Assembly (NCBI GenBank): GCA_026025075.1
Contig: JAPEUI010000054.1
Coordinates: forward strand, 1 to 64,000
Direction of reading: 5' to 3'
Source: Vezdaea acicularis
Lineage: Eukaryota
Length of the DNA stretch: 64,000 nucleotides
Below the pieces are notes generated by a model, which saw only the letters and a list, made by a program, of their open reading frames with translations, was not told the DNA's origin and did no database searches. This document shows, piece after piece, positions 1-13,536 of the stretch (position 1 is its first letter; the number at the start of each line of letters is the position of its first letter). Position numbers and translations under genes: made by a program.

Positions 1-1
1 C

Positions 2-454
2 CCCCTAACCACCTGCTCCGGCGGCCAAGAGCTCAACGTCGCCGAATCGCACCCCTGCCCCGGCAAAGAACCCGAGTACGCCGAGAAACACCGCATCGGC
101 GGCTTCGCCCTCTTCTGCGCCATCACCCTCCCCATCATCGCCGCCACCGCCATCGGCTACTACGTCTGGTCACGCTGGCGCACCATGTTCGGCCAGATCC
201 GCCTCGGCGATGCCGGGTCCAGCCTTAGTGGTGGCGATTGGACCAAGTATCCCGTCATGCTTGTTGCGGGCATCATCGCCGGTTTGGCCGTCTTGCCCGA
301 GGTGGTCGGCAGGCTCTGGCGCTGGGCTACCGGCGCCGGGAGGAGGTATACGCGCCGCACTGACTTTGGGAGGACGAGAGGCGATTATGAGGCTGTGGTC
401 CGCGAGGACGAGGATGTCGGCGGCTTGTTGGGCGAGGAGAGCGATGAAGAGTAA
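2..454 (+). CDS. VPS10: Vacuolar protein sorting receptor Vps10/Pep1, C-terminal part (5' truncated by the window)
   Basis: Frame 2 is open from the window start: PLTTCSGG...HPCPGKE (end of the Cys-rich domain), a TM helix (FALFCAITLPIIAATAIGYYVW), the FGQIRLG motif and an acidic tail ending LLGEESDEE*, typical of fungal Vps10. Confidence 0.88.
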   Translation, partial: PLTTCSGGQELNVAESHPCPGKEPEYAEKHRIGGFALFCAITLPIIAATAIGYYVWSRWRTMFGQIRLGDAGSSLSGGDWTKYPVMLVAGIIAGLAVLPEVVGRLWRWATGAGRRYTRRTDFGRTRGDYEAVVREDEDVGGLLGEESDEE

Positions 455-1497
455 GTCGTCTCCCCCTTTCTCGCCAGGGGCCGCGAGTATACGGGGCACC
501 CCCAAAAATGGGTAGAGTGGATAGGGAAAAAGGAAAGGGATGGGGGTGTGGGGGGTTTGCATATTTTCTTGTATTTTGACATGGTAGGGTCGTTTATCTT
601 GGGCGCGGCGACTACTTTCTAGCACCCTCTCTCTCGTAGCCGGCCCATTTTTTCTTCTGTTTGCACAGTTCACCATGTCTAGAAACGTGGGTCTCGCGTC
701 TTGATGGTGATCCCGTGAGTTCTGTATCTCTGATAAACGCGCGCCCCGAGAGGACGAAACCCCTCCCCCCCCCCTCCCTTTTCAGGGGCAAGCAGAGAAA
801 GTGACATCATGTCCCAAGCCCCCTTTTACCACAACCATCCATGAGATGACCCGGTCCACCAACCACCAAGCGCTGCTCGGGATAGGATCAGTCGGATCGG
901 ATACACCAAACGGAGTGGGGACGGACAGTGCAGTAAGGCCTCGTCGAAGCGGGGGAGCTACTGTCCCCTCTTGTGAAAGGCGCGGGGGGGGAGGGGGGGC
1001 GGGGCCATGAAAATCGCTGGGATGTATCAAGAAGTGTGGGGTTGGCCCGGAGGTGAGATTGAGATGAGAGGGGTAAAAGGGATGGGAAGAGACGAAAAAA
1101 TAGAGACAGAAAGGACAAGAGTCGAAAATGTAAAATACTATTTATTCATACCCCTACAAGCGCGTTCACAACCACTCAGATATATCCCCCCCCACCAAAC
1201 ACCCAAACCACCAAACCCCCGAACAGCGCAGTACACAATACACGCACATTCCCATTGACTATACGAGCGGAACTACTGTAGCGCATTCTTCGCGCTTGCT
1301 CGGGGTGTGGATGAGGGTGGGTGAGTGTATTAGTTTACGAGTGTACCAGCCTACCAGCCTACAGCAGCACCCAATCCAACAACCATACACTCAAGGGCCC
1401 ATACGAACCGACCACCAACAACAAAGCCTCGACGAGCCACTCTATCCGCCCGCACGAACGCTAGCGCCTGGCCTCGTCGTTGTGCGGGTAGGTAGGT

Positions 1498-1527
1498 ACT
1501 TACATACGTACACACATACATACATAC
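1498..1527. repeat. Imperfect (TACA)n microsatellite
   Basis: tacatacgtacacacatacatacatac. Confidence 0.6.
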
Positions 1528-4500
1528 CTAACCAGCATAAGAAGAACAACCAAAGGACGAGGCGACGAATCCGACACGGCCGCTTGTAAGTCACAGTGCA
1601 TAACGTACGTAGCGACCTGTGTCCTGACTCGGCACAGCTCGATCCTGATGGCTAGATAGAGTAAGTGAACGCATGAACTGCCGAGGGTACACGCGCGCGC
1701 ACGCATGTATCCGGCAGGGTTTCCTGATATGGGTTGGGTGGGAATGTGGTCCTGGACATCCAAAAAGGATGGGTGAGTCTGCTTGGGGCGAGGCTCTGAG
1801 AGATATGGGCCTGCAGGAGGGGGGTTCCGAGAGGCGGGTGAGTGGGCTTTCTGCGGTGTCTGGATGCGGAGGAAACCGTGGGTCTGCAGTGTCGATTGGG
1901 GGGTTCCTGGCGGGTTTGGTGGGGATGAGGATTCTAGTACTAGAGAAGGGGAGGAGCCTGGATGGGTGAGACTGGATGGGTCGGGGGCTCGTTGAGGTGC
2001 TTGCGGGAGGGCAGGATGACGAGGTAGGGGATGACCCTCGTGAGCGAGCGCGGCGCGGCGATGCGGATGCGATGCGGATGCGGTATGTGGTGTTTTGGTT
2101 CTCGTTTCAGAGAGAGGGGCGAGTGATGAGCAAGCCATCGATAAGCCAGAGCGCGGCAGGGTGGCCCAGACGCATCCAGCTTGCGGTCTTGGGTGTAGTA
2201 GAGCGATCAGCGAGATCAGATAAAAGCCATCAAGGAGGAGCCACGGAGCCTTGTGAATTTCAACTGCATAGGGAGAGATGGTACTTCCTCCCTTGAGTGT
2301 AACTGTGGAGCTGAGGAGCAATAATGACGTTGCCTCGCCCCGGAGGGAGGTTCCAGCATAGCCTTGTCGCTGAAGCAGGGCAGCTGGAAGATGGCATCGA
2401 TGTGATTCCTGTTGCTCTACTTTAATCCTCCGGTCGGGAGGGAATGACAGGATCACGATAATGCTGGCCTTGCGCATGCGGGGCAATCCAGAGATCGGAT
2501 GATTCCGACACTGGGGCGAGCCTCCCGCCAGGAGACAAATGCGGTCTTAGTGCTGATCGACGCTGAGGAACAGTCAGAATTGTATGCTGCTCCTTCCACC
2601 TGCAAGACGGGGGGGGGATGCCCTCGAATGTCAATACAGATGAAGGCCTAGATAGTGCGGTGGAGGCTTCGGCAGGACGCCGGTGGTGTTTCGAAAGAGG
2701 GATCAATCGCTGATCGGCAGCACACTCTCCGTTCGGGCAACAGGGGGGGGAGGACTTAGCAATCCTTGGGAAAGCTGCCCAGAAGAAAATGGATGGATTC
2801 TTGACGTGCATTGGCGAATGCCAATGCAGCGACGGAAAGAGTAGTGCGTTTCCCTGAAGAATCACGAAACTCGCTACGACGCATCTAGAAGGAATCCTTC
2901 GAAAGTGACAGAGGGAAGGAAACAAGGATCGCGTTGGACGTGATCATGTTGAGTAAGATGATGTGAGGTCTGTTGATGGTTGAATGTTGTGATGGAAACC
3001 ACCAGTGTCTGTGCGCGTGTTTACAAGCATTCGGAAGTAAGGGGCCGAGAACTCTGTGAGCCGCGCGCTTTCGACAGCACAGACGATGCATAGACCATAG
3101 TTTCTGTTGCTGCGTGCACCCGAACGCCTATGCCGGCGATATACTCGCATATCGTCGGCGAGCAGAGTCCAAAACCGAAAGGCCGCGAGGAGGAAAGGGT
3201 TCCGCCATCAGCCATCCACGAATTGGGATAGGCGACAATAATCGCAATGTGATGTGTCTGAACTTGACCGCATGGAATCAGAGACAAAACGGCTGTCAGG
3301 TGATCCAATGGAGTTTAGGTGCAGCGGTGGACGGCCAAGAAGATGGAGATATGATTGAGCACGAGTCTTGAGCAAGTTCATACCAAGCATCTCCACCCAA
3401 GCCTCCATCGCATAAACTAGCCATCGTTGCAAAACCAGCAAAAAGGAAAAAAGTAAGACCGCAGCACGACGGACTATCAAATGTTTGACCCGGCTGCGGC
3501 GGTGAGCAGCATCAATTGAAACAGATCATCCACGATGACAAAGCCCCATTTGTCCGCTCCCGCGCGACCTTGCTTCGTGCATTGAAGAAGCTACCGTGTA
3601 GGTGCAGGAGGGGGTCTCAATTGAAGTTGCAGCCACACAAATGAGACGAAGTGCAGAGAGGGTCGCACGAACGCCTCCGGGACGAACACGCCATCTGGCC
3701 GAGCAGACGTGGCCGCCGGCAACACCAATTGGGGGCCGAAATATGTTTCAACTTCGTGATACTGTATGTTGGGAGACATCGCCTGGAGTGCGGGCGTCAC
3801 CCAGGATAGGTCGACATGTCCAGTCGAGCAGACCGGAGTCACCCCGTCGGCCCCCAGCTTCATTTCACGTCGATCATCATGGAGACGCCTCTTTTACGTA
3901 GCGGACCAGGGAGTTCGACTGGAGAAACGCCCTCGGACGGGGGGAAAGGGGAGCGCCATTTAAGATGACGCTTTTTGCTCGTGGCGGTTGCCATTTGCTC
4001 GCCGGCATCTCCCGTGGATGTCTTGCGACAACAAGACAAGTGACCGATACGGCCGAACGTGGGCTGATCTTGCTCGATGGAGCTGCGGTCGCCGCCTCTC
4101 GCCATAGCGTTCTCGCGGTCCCGGGAACGCTGCCCAAGAATCTCCCCCTGGCTGATCCAGTCCCGTTGACGTTCTCTCTCCATTGCCAGTCCACTCCCCG
4201 TTCTCATTCCCCGGCGAGGGCGCCCGTACAGTGGCCGCGCTTCCCCACGCTTTGGGAGCTGGGAGGAGTTGACGCCGGATGGGGTGGCGCTTTCGTCTGG
4301 CAACGATCCGCATCAGACGAGAGATTTGGATTTGGCCTTAAACGGCCGCTCTTCGCCAGATCGGGCGCTAGGCAAGGGGGCGTGGTGTTCCTCGTTCCTC
4401 CTGTGTATCGTGACGGTGCCCTTGCTTCGGCGCCCGTTGCCATTCGGTGGCACGCTTGGAGTCGAAGAAGCAATGCCTGAAGAGACTTTCGTGATTGAAT

Positions 4501-5957
4501 GCTCGAATACCCGTTATATACCAAGAGTCGTCCCCCCCTTCCATGATAGATGGTAGACCTCCTCGTCGAGAGCACTCGTGGAGGATATCGAACTTCGTCC
4601 GCTCCTCCCTCCGCCCACACCCGCTTCCGCGTCCGCGTTGCCGCCGTCCATTCCACGCCGTCTCCCACCGAATGTCTGACCAGCACCGTTGAGCGAGGCA
4701 GCCGTTCAAGCTTCGGGAGCCGATCGCGTGCGCGGCTTGTCCCGATCGAGCGGGAGCAGCGTTTCTCTTCACGAGGCGCTCGTCTAGAGACGGTTGAGCT
4801 GTTACACCCGCGCTCTGGCCACAACTCTATCTTCAATTGTCAACAGCGCTTCCCTTCGAGCGCAACTGCGCGCAGCAACAGCCGACGCCGACGTCGAGAA
4901 GGGACGTCTGCCGGCAGCCGACCGACATCCGAATCGCCCATCAACTCTATTGTATCCCCCACCACACGCCTGCAAGGGGCCCGGTCAAACGTGATCCAGC
5001 ATCTCGTCGCTGGAGATCCGCTTCCCGTCGACCATTCACGCGGCAAGGTCTGCCCTGGCCGAGTGCCCGCCAATTGCATCTCGTCCCTCGCGTCGTCTTG
5101 CTCGCGCGCCGCACTGGGCCGCACTGGCCGCTCTTTGCCGTCCCTGGCCCCTGGATTGCGACTTCGTCACTTGGGACTGTTGGACGAGGGGGTCTTGTCT
5201 GGCTTCCTGAGCCGTGGACATTGTCAAAGCTTCCTCTCGTCCGTCAGTAAGGCGAGCAGCTCCGAACCCACCCCCCCCTCCCGGGCGTCTAGCGAGTCTA
5301 TCAGAAAGGCTGCTGTGTTCCCGCTGCGTCGGCGCCTGCCCTCGTCACCCCTTCCTTCGCTCGACCTGGTTCCTGAACCTCCAACTCTAACGATCCCTTG
5401 GGAGGAACAGCGTCCCAGGAGTACCAGGTACCTTCGACACGTGCAACGCGTTCGACGCAGACAATTGGAGTCATCGTTTCGGCCGTCGGCAATCCTACGA
5501 CGCCAACGCCGCACAACTCTCCATTGCTTCGGCGGGTTTGACAAAGCTCGACGCCTCGCACGCTATCCTGGCCCCCTTCGATAGCCAGCACGTCTTCCGG
5601 CCAGTCGCAGCAGTCGCAGCAGTCGCAGGAGTGGCATCGTCGCAGCAGGTGGCAGCGACCCGTCGAAACCTCCCCCCTCGATCCGATAGAGTCCGCCGTG
5701 CCTCTGTAAGCGGCCGCCACCCAAGACGCTCGTCTCAGACGTGCGCCGAGTCAAGGCCCAGTGGAGGGCCACGGAGGCGTGTCAGCGCCGCACCCGATCC
5801 ACGGCCGGTTGCAGCGTGCATTTGCTTGTTGTGCCTGTTGCTGCCACGGCGTCGCATTTTCTCTCGAGTCAGCATCGAGCAGCGAGCAGCGAGCGACAGC
5901 CAGTGGCTCGCCAAGCGGAGGCGACGTGAGGATACCCGCGGGAGGATTGGGGCGTTG

Positions 5958-5984
5958 CCCTGACCCTGACCCTGACCCTGACCC
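5958..5984. repeat. (CCCTGA)4 hexamer microsatellite
   Basis: ccctgaccctgaccctgaccctgaccc. Confidence 0.8.
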
Positions 5985-6137
5985 CTCGTCTAATCTTGGC
6001 GGCGTAGCGTGGGCCGACCGTGACCGTCACACACCGGCACCGTCCCCTCGGCCAGTCCCACCCAACGCACGTCCCACCGTCCCACGCGAACGCTGGTCCG
6101 ACCGTGCCAGGCACACAAACGCATCGACGAGAACGAA

Positions 6138-8461
6138 ATGTCTGTGGCAGCAGTATCAGCACGTCCACCACCCTCCCTTGGCTGCCGTGGCCCCCCCATC
6201 GCCGACAACCATATCAGTCCCTCCATGCCCTCCTGCGAACCCTCTTCGTTCTTACACTCTCCGACCTCTCCGACCACTCCGACCACTTCGACCGTCACCG
6301 CCCGCCGACCCTCGAGCCATTCCTTCGCCTGGTCCTCGAGCTCGACGCTGCGTGGAGAGAGCCGGGATCCGCTCTCGAAGCCGTGGAGAGCAGTGACGAG
6401 CCCGACGTCTCCTCCAACTCCGACCACCACCGCATCCACGACACCTGCCTGGCGACGCCGCCGACAGAAGAGCAAGATGACGGTGACCATGCCAATGGCT
6501 CCGGACTGCCAGTATGAAGAGTTACCGCCAGCCATCCGACGAAAGGTAGGCCCGACTTCCATTCTTCCCCTCTCTTGTTTCCCTCGAAGGCGCAGACACG
6601 CCCACACCACCCGACCCGAAGCGCCGCGCTTGCCCATTCGGCTCGTCGACTCCCCCCCCTCTCACACCGCAGATCCGTCTTTGTTTTTCCCTTTTCTTCT
6701 CATCCACTCGGTTGCAATATTTCCTTTCCCCCCTTCGGTCGTGGTTATAGCTACGGGCCAATTGCTTCAATTGCTCAGCGCCATAGCTGCCTCGGTGACG
6801 GGCGACCCCTCGGCCTCTGGGTTGCGCTGTTCGCTCGATCGACCGTAGCGTCCTGCACGAGCGAGAAGGTCATCGTTCGCACGCAGGAACCTACTGCGCC
6901 CTAGCACAAAGCCCGAAATTTTATCCTCACCATCGTTCCCCCCTAAACCTTTCCATTCTTTCTCTTCATTCTCTACACGCATTCTGCAGCATCACGGCAC
7001 CTCAATTGACCGTGCAATTTCTGACATGGTTGGCAGTATTTCTCAACCTTGGAACGCCTGAGACTAGCTCAGAACGCGCAGCACCCACCAACCGAATCTC
7101 GCTTCCACGTTCGCAAGCTGAGTCGGACGGCGTCGTCGGACTTCATTTCGCGACCAGCGACGGCGGGAGGTGCGCGGCGACTACAAAAGCCCCGGTCGAA
7201 CCAAGCCGAGTTCCTCCAAGTTCAATCGGACGCCTCGTGGTTCTTGAGTCTGCCTGAGAAGGTTCGCCGGAAACATTTCACTCGGGAAGAGCAGGTACTA
7301 TACTCGGGACGCTGCGAGGAAGTGATACTGGACGCGGCCGACGAAGCTGTCTACCGATCACGAGCCAACCGCAGCTTGCAGACCCTGGACAGCTATCTTT
7401 CTGACGATTCATCCATCAATAGCGATACAGACATGGGCGCTGCTGCGGAGGAAAGCAGGGTCGATCTGGGCGAGGAAGCCGAAGACTCCTTCCGATGGAT
7501 GGGGGCAGACGACGACCTCGACTCGCGGCTGGCATTGGACGACTATCATATGCATATCGCTGGCAGCAATGCCAATGAGGTCGTACGAGAAGCCGCACGA
7601 GCGAGAAAAGCATCGTTTCGACGGACGCTGTCGCTCACCTCGAACCCTTTCGCCCGTAGTTCGGCACCTTCAAGTCCCCCAATCCCAGCGACGCCCATCG
7701 AAAAGCCTTACTCTCACTCCCGTAAACCATCGAATGGCTTCTCCATCAAGGCCTCCAAGCACATCAGCAAACCCTCCGTCTCCACCGTCGACCCCGAAGC
7801 CGCCTACTACCAAGACCCCGAGGCTCGCCTGAAACTCCGCGTCTATCTCGCATCGCCCCAGAAGTTCGACGAAGCAATTGAGTTTGGCTTTCCGTCCACA
7901 GACGGTGCCAACAAGGAAAATGCCATGCCTCACCGGCCAAAGTCAGGGACCAAACGATCAGACGCAACCGACGACACGCAGACCTTCCTGAAAGACGACA
8001 ACGCCTCGCTGTTCGAGGATGACGAGTCGATCGAAGAGACCGACGCTCCTATCACCCCGCGAGAGATGGAGAGCTTCCGCGCCGCGCACCGCCTCCCGCC
8101 CAACTCCTCCAAGGGAAATTCGACCGACTCATCCGCACCCTCGATGCTGAACCCTCGAAAGCACGGCGACACGTACGCGCATGCCTTGGCCGGCAGCCGC
8201 GAGATGACGCTACGCATGACGCTCACGAGACCCGACCTGCGAGCCAACGAGAACGTCATCTACGGCTGGCAAGGGAAGCCGAAAGAAGACCCGCTCGCGC
8301 TGGAGGAGCTGCCGCCGATGGCAGAGGAGGAGCGCACGATGATGATGGGACCTTTCGGCGGGCCGGACGGCTGGGGGCCGCCGCCGAAAGACGATAATGT
8401 GATGAAGAAGTTCTGGAAGCGCGTCAAGACGACGGGGTCGTCGACTCGACGGGTTTCATAG
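6138..8461 (+). CDS. Conserved fungal hypothetical Ser-rich, largely disordered protein; exons 6138-6545 and 7037-8461; start may instead be the ATG near 6478
   Basis: Intron 6546-7036 (GTAGGC...CTGAC...CAG) joins YEELPPAIRRK to YFSTLERLRLAQ in frame. Conserved-looking blocks: LPEKVRRKHFTREEQ, YYQDPEARLKLRVYLASPQKFDEAIEFGFPS and REMTLRMTLTRPDLRA. Confidence 0.8.
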
Positions 8462-10276
8462 GCGTCTATCCTCCTTCCAAAAATCAGCACATTTCCTCCC
8501 CGCCACTACCGCCGTTACTACCACCATCACCAATACCACATCCTGCATTTACGGCCTCCCTCGTCGCCTCTCTTTCTTCACGGCTGCGCCTGCTTTTCAA
8601 CGGCCCTCACGTCTTGTCCCATTTATCTCCTCCATCGAGGAGCCTTGGGGTGTTTGAGCCATCTTTCTGCTGCTACGTACTACCACTACTCCTACACTGC
8701 ATTCCACGTGGTTCTTCACACGCTCTCTCTCCCCTGGTCCTACTACCACTGCTTGGATAGGTGACCCGTGAGTGGCGGGAGTGGCGTTTAGCGTTGCGAC
8801 TTGGTTGCGTGCTTGTTTATTTGCTTTTTGTATACCACGTGGTGTTTTCTTGGTCTTTTTGTCCCGCCTTACCTCCCCCCCCCCTTCTCCGGCGTAAGCA
8901 GGCGCTTTGCACTGCTTTTGCTGCCTTGGAAAGAGCGAGAGAGACAGAGAGCGAGAGAGAGAGATTTTGTAAGAGGCTGCGTCACCAGCGCCCCAGCTCC
9001 GACTTTACAAGCTTAGCTTTCCCTCGTAGAGAGTCGGATGCGGTGGTTCTAGTTATACTCTAGACGTAGTCTAATCATGGCTGATATCACGCTACTATGC
9101 TTCTTTCTCGTGTGTGGATGGGTGATGAATCGTCCATCACTGAAATCATCATCTCTAGTATCAATCTTCCTGTCTCCCTTTCGCGATCTCGTGGCTTGTG
9201 GACTGCACATGCATCGTTCCTGGAGCGGACCGACGTGGGGCCAAATAATATGGGACAAGATAGGAGGGGGAGATGTTGCACGCATGTAGGGAGAGAGAGG
9301 TTCCTGCCTACGACGAGACCCGTTCAGCAGCCTCTCTTCGGTGTTGACAATAATCCGGGCCCGGGAATTTCTCTGATTGGCTAGGCGGCGCGGTGGGGTG
9401 TGGGTGTGGTGCCAAGCTTTTCGCGAATTGACGGGGATGGCTGTGGGGAGGGGGGATTTGCTTAATCAGTGAAGAGGGGGGTGATTCGGAGAAAGTGGTT
9501 TTTGGACCCCAAACTCCCCCCCATTTTGCTCACGGCAGGCCCAAGGCACGAAAGTTGATTGGACAGCTTGTATATCCGGGATTTGGAATCGATGATGACG
9601 CTGTGTTTTCCCCCGAATAACTTCCCATCAAATGTTTTGAATGATTTGAAGAAAGGCCTTATGGAGAAATAAAGCGTAGTAGGAAACCGCGGAAGGCGTC
9701 GGCGTTAACCGGGCTTAACCCCTCTTGCGCAGGAGTCGGCCGGCAGTCGGCGTAAATGGATTGATGCGCGTGGGGATGGGACTAGATTAAAAGGTGACTC
9801 ATTGAACCCGCCGGAAGAGAGAGAAGGAAGGGTGTTCATACGGGGTCCGTAGCTGGCTATAGACGCATAGTCCTGCCCCCCCTCCGCCTTCCTCCAACCC
9901 GCACGCTCGCACGTGCCTGCGCGCGGAACGAGGGCAATTGATCGCGGGCATCGGCAAAAAAAAGGAGCGAGGAGAGGACAATGCGCCAGCCACGCGCAGC
10001 GGAGGGCAAAGCAGAGGGGTTCGCGGGGGATCGACTCGTTAGAAGGGGGAAAAGAAAGCGCCTATTTGTAGCCTTGGCGACGTCAATCCCGTCATCCCGC
10101 GAAAGAAAATATATACCGTGCTGACCGATCCCCGGTTCTCTCTGTAAACACTTTCTGCTCTCGACGGCTTCTCACATACGCGCTTGTTTTCTGGCACGAT
10201 TTTTAGAACGACGATTTTTGACGATTTTGACGATAGGGGATTAGTGCATGGGAGTGAATGACGGACGCCACGGATC

Positions 10277-13200
10277 ATGATGCCCACCCCGCCGAGTACC
10301 ACGAATTCGAGCAGTGGCCAGAGTCCGGATAATCAGAATTTCAGGGTCGTCAGGAAGAGGAATAGGGTCCCGCTCTCGTGCGCGCCGTGCAGGCATAGGA
10401 AGTGAGTTTTCGCGCCTCTTCACCCTCTTCCAAGAGCAGATTTTGGGCCGTGAGTGGAAGGTGGAGGGGTTTTGTATGTATATCTTGAGTGTCTGGAGTG
10501 GAGGAGAGGGGCAAGCAAAGCGTAGCCGTGGATTCCGTCTCAACACGGCGGTTGTGAAGTGCGGGGATTTCTTTTGGCAAACGGCCTTTGACGCTTTTTT
10601 TTCAGTCTTGCAGACGGCCTCGAATATCAGGCTGACAATTCACAGGCTAAAATGCAACCGCACACACCCTTGTGAGAACTGTATAAAGCGGGGAGATGCC
10701 CAGTCATGTTCCTACACGGCCAATGGCGCTCGGAAAAAGAGCACTTCGAGCCAGTCGTCGCCCTCATCCGATGAGATGCAGAACCGAATCGACCGGTTAG
10801 AAGGGCTCGTCTTATCACTCATGACGAATGGAGCCAACTCGGCAGGGCCAGTGGCGGCTCAAGCAGCGCTCTCGAGAAGCCAGAGTAATGACTCGCCCGA
10901 CTGTGACGGTGATGAAGACGAGGACCTGATCAAGGAGGAAGACGAGGATAGCGTGGAACAGGTCACGGACACGTTCGGCATCATGAGGGTGCAGGACGAG
11001 ATGAAAAATACTCAAATGTACATGGGGGATACGCATTGGGCTGCAGTCCTCAAAGACGTGAGTGCAGCTGAACGCGTTGTGAAGTCAATCGTTGATACTG
11101 ACCCCAACGCAGATCGCGGAAGTCAAGAATTACTGGCTCTCGCATAAAGACCAATACGAGGCACAGCTGGAGAAAGTCACGCAAACGAATGCCAACAATA
11201 TGGGTGGAGCTACGAGGGGGCCGGCGCTCTTAAGTGGGGGTGAAGAGCCACCACTAAAGGAGGACCTGATAGCAGCATTGCCTCCGAAATACGCTTGCGA
11301 CAAGCTGGTGTCGAGGTACTTTGATTCCTTTGATGTGGAGCACCATATACTCCACTTGCCGACGTTCCAGGGAGAGTACGAGCATTTCTGGAGGACGAGG
11401 AACAGCTGCCCGATCTGGATGGGGTTGCTGTATTCAATCATGACGCTGGCGCTGTTGTCGTATCATCGTGCGGGAGATGCGCCACCCGAATACCGTGGCC
11501 GGTGCATGATTATTGCAAACGAATATCGGCAGCTATCAGTGAAATGCTTGATCCGGGGCGAGTACTACAAGCCAGGCCCATATGTTTTAGAGACGCTGTC
11601 GCTTTACTTACTGGCGGAGCATTCGTGGTCGAGCGACTTTGGACTGGGCGTTTGGGTCATAGTGGGAGTTATGATCCGGCTGGCCTTGCGAATGGGCTAT
11701 CACCGGGACCCCGGAAACTACAAGACCATCTCACCCTTCTATGGCGAGATGCGGAGGCGGTGTTGGATGTTCATCCAACAGGCCGACATACTTCTTTCGT
11801 TCCAGCTCGGCCTTCCGAGCATGACCCGCCCTGTTGAATGCGACACCGCTCTCCCCCGCAACCTCAATGATGAAGATCTCAACGAAAACATGACTGAGCT
11901 TCCCCCCGCACGCCCAGACACAGAAAGAACCCGCATACAATACCTAATCAGCAAAGCGCGCCTCGCCGACGTCTTCAGCCGCATCGTCGCCAACTCCACA
12001 ACCGTCATCCCCCAACCGTATGAAGCCGTGGGCAAGCTCGAGGCCGATCTGAACAGGGAACGAGCGGCCCTTCCACCACCACTACGCATGCGCCCTTGGG
12101 CCGAGTCTCTCCAGGACAACCCCGAAGCTGTCTGGACGCGCTACAATCTCGACATGCTCTACCACAAAGCGCAATGCGTTCTGCACCGGCGCTACCTCTC
12201 GCGCGCTCGCCAGAACGAAGCCTACGCGCACTCCCGCGTCGCCTGCGTCGAGTCATCCATGGAGCTCCTGCGGCACCAAGCCCTGCTCCACCGCGAATCG
12301 CAGGACGGCGGACACCTCTGCGGGATCCGCTGGTTCGTGACGAGCGTGACGGCGCAAGACTTCCTCCTAGCCGCCATGATCATCTGTCTGGACCTGTACC
12401 ACGGCCACCCGCGGCGCCACAACGCGAGCGCCTCGTTCTTCTGGGCGCAAGAGCACGCCGCGATGATCGCGGCGCTGGAGAATAGTCGGGATATCTGGAG
12501 CGAGCTGCGCGACTCCAGCATCGAGGCCTTCAAGGCCGCCAACATCATCACCGTCATGCTCGAGAAGCTCACCCAGGACGTCGCGGATACGGACAAGATG
12601 GCTGCGGAAGCTACTCGGGGACCCAGCACGAGAGGCCCCAATGGTCTCCCGGCCAGCCTGCAGACAAAGGCTGAGCAGGACGCCCAGTTCGCTAGCTTCG
12701 GCCCGGAGCTGGCTGCGTTCGGGGACGATCCGAATCGCCCCGAGCATAACGCGGCTATGACGCTGGGTATGCTCTCGGGGGGCTTGTCGCCGAATACACA
12801 GGCCGGACTGTTCGACCGGACATATCCCCCCACGCCCGGAGGCTTGAACGCGCGCATGTCCGACGCGCCCTTCAGCCCGCCCAGCTTCGGCATGGACGGC
12901 CTGGGCATCGGGGCCGGTCTTCCGAGCGCGAGTGCTACGGGCGGAGGAGGTGATCCGTTTAGTGGGTATTTCAACACGGCGGGGATGATGCAGGATATGC
13001 CGGAATCATGGGTGCGTTGTTTTCCCCCTTTCCCCCCCTTTTTCTCCTGTTTCCAAATCTTTTCTCATTTCCCCTCTCCTCTCCCCCCCTTCTCATCTTC
13101 CAGAGATGTATATACCTCCCCAGGAGCTCCCTCGTTAACCCTCATGTGATTATCAGGACGGATGGGACTCCTACCTCCAAGGCGCGCCCACAGACCCCAT

Positions 13201-13372
13201 GGCGCCCTTCTGGGGCGGCCCCGTCGATCTCCCCACCGCCGCCCAAACCCCCGCACAGATCACCGCAGCTCCAGCCGACTCACAACAACAATCACAACAA
13301 CAGCAGCATAATCCAAGCGTCGACAGCGTCTTCATGGGCGTTAATACCCCGCCGAGGAATACCGCTATGTGA
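10277..13372 (+). CDS. Zn(II)2Cys6 fungal-specific transcription factor; exons 10277-10401, 10646-11057, 11113-13011, 13157-13372
   Basis: Spliced N-terminus RKRNRVPLSCAPCRHRK|LKCNRTHPCENCIKRGDAQSC forms the binuclear cluster, followed by the coiled coil RIDRLEGLV and the Fungal_trans motif ALRMGYHRDP...EMRRRCW. All three introns are GT-AG and keep frame. Confidence 0.93.
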
Positions 13373-13453
13373 GACCTACTCACTCACTCACTCTGCCGCA
13401 CGGCGGCGTGAAGCGGGGATACTGGCGTGTGGTACCGGAAATAGAAATGGGAG

Positions 13454-13536
13454 TGGGGCGTGGAGATGGGGCGTGGAGATGGGGCGTGGAGATGGGGCGT
13501 GGAGATGGGGCGTGGAGATGGGGCGTGGAGATGGGG
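13454..13536 (+). repeat. 13-bp tandem repeat (TGGGGCGTGGAGA)x6 downstream of the TF stop codon
   Basis: Six perfect copies plus a partial TGGGG, read directly. Confidence 0.95.

Noticed and set aside
3180..3963. Two short ORFs both encoding RPR(T)GGKGSAI (~3180 and ~3927)
   Set aside because: No similarity beyond this short stretch; a chance match is plausible in six-frame translation of G-rich DNA.
4550..5584. 344-aa ORF, plus the 328-aa ORF at 1500-2486
   Set aside because: Non-ATG or weak starts, Arg/Ser/Pro-rich composition and no motifs; typical chance ORFs in GC-rich DNA.
5958..5984. (CCCTGA)4 as an interstitial telomere
   Set aside because: It differs from CCCTAA in every unit and has only four copies; treated as a microsatellite.
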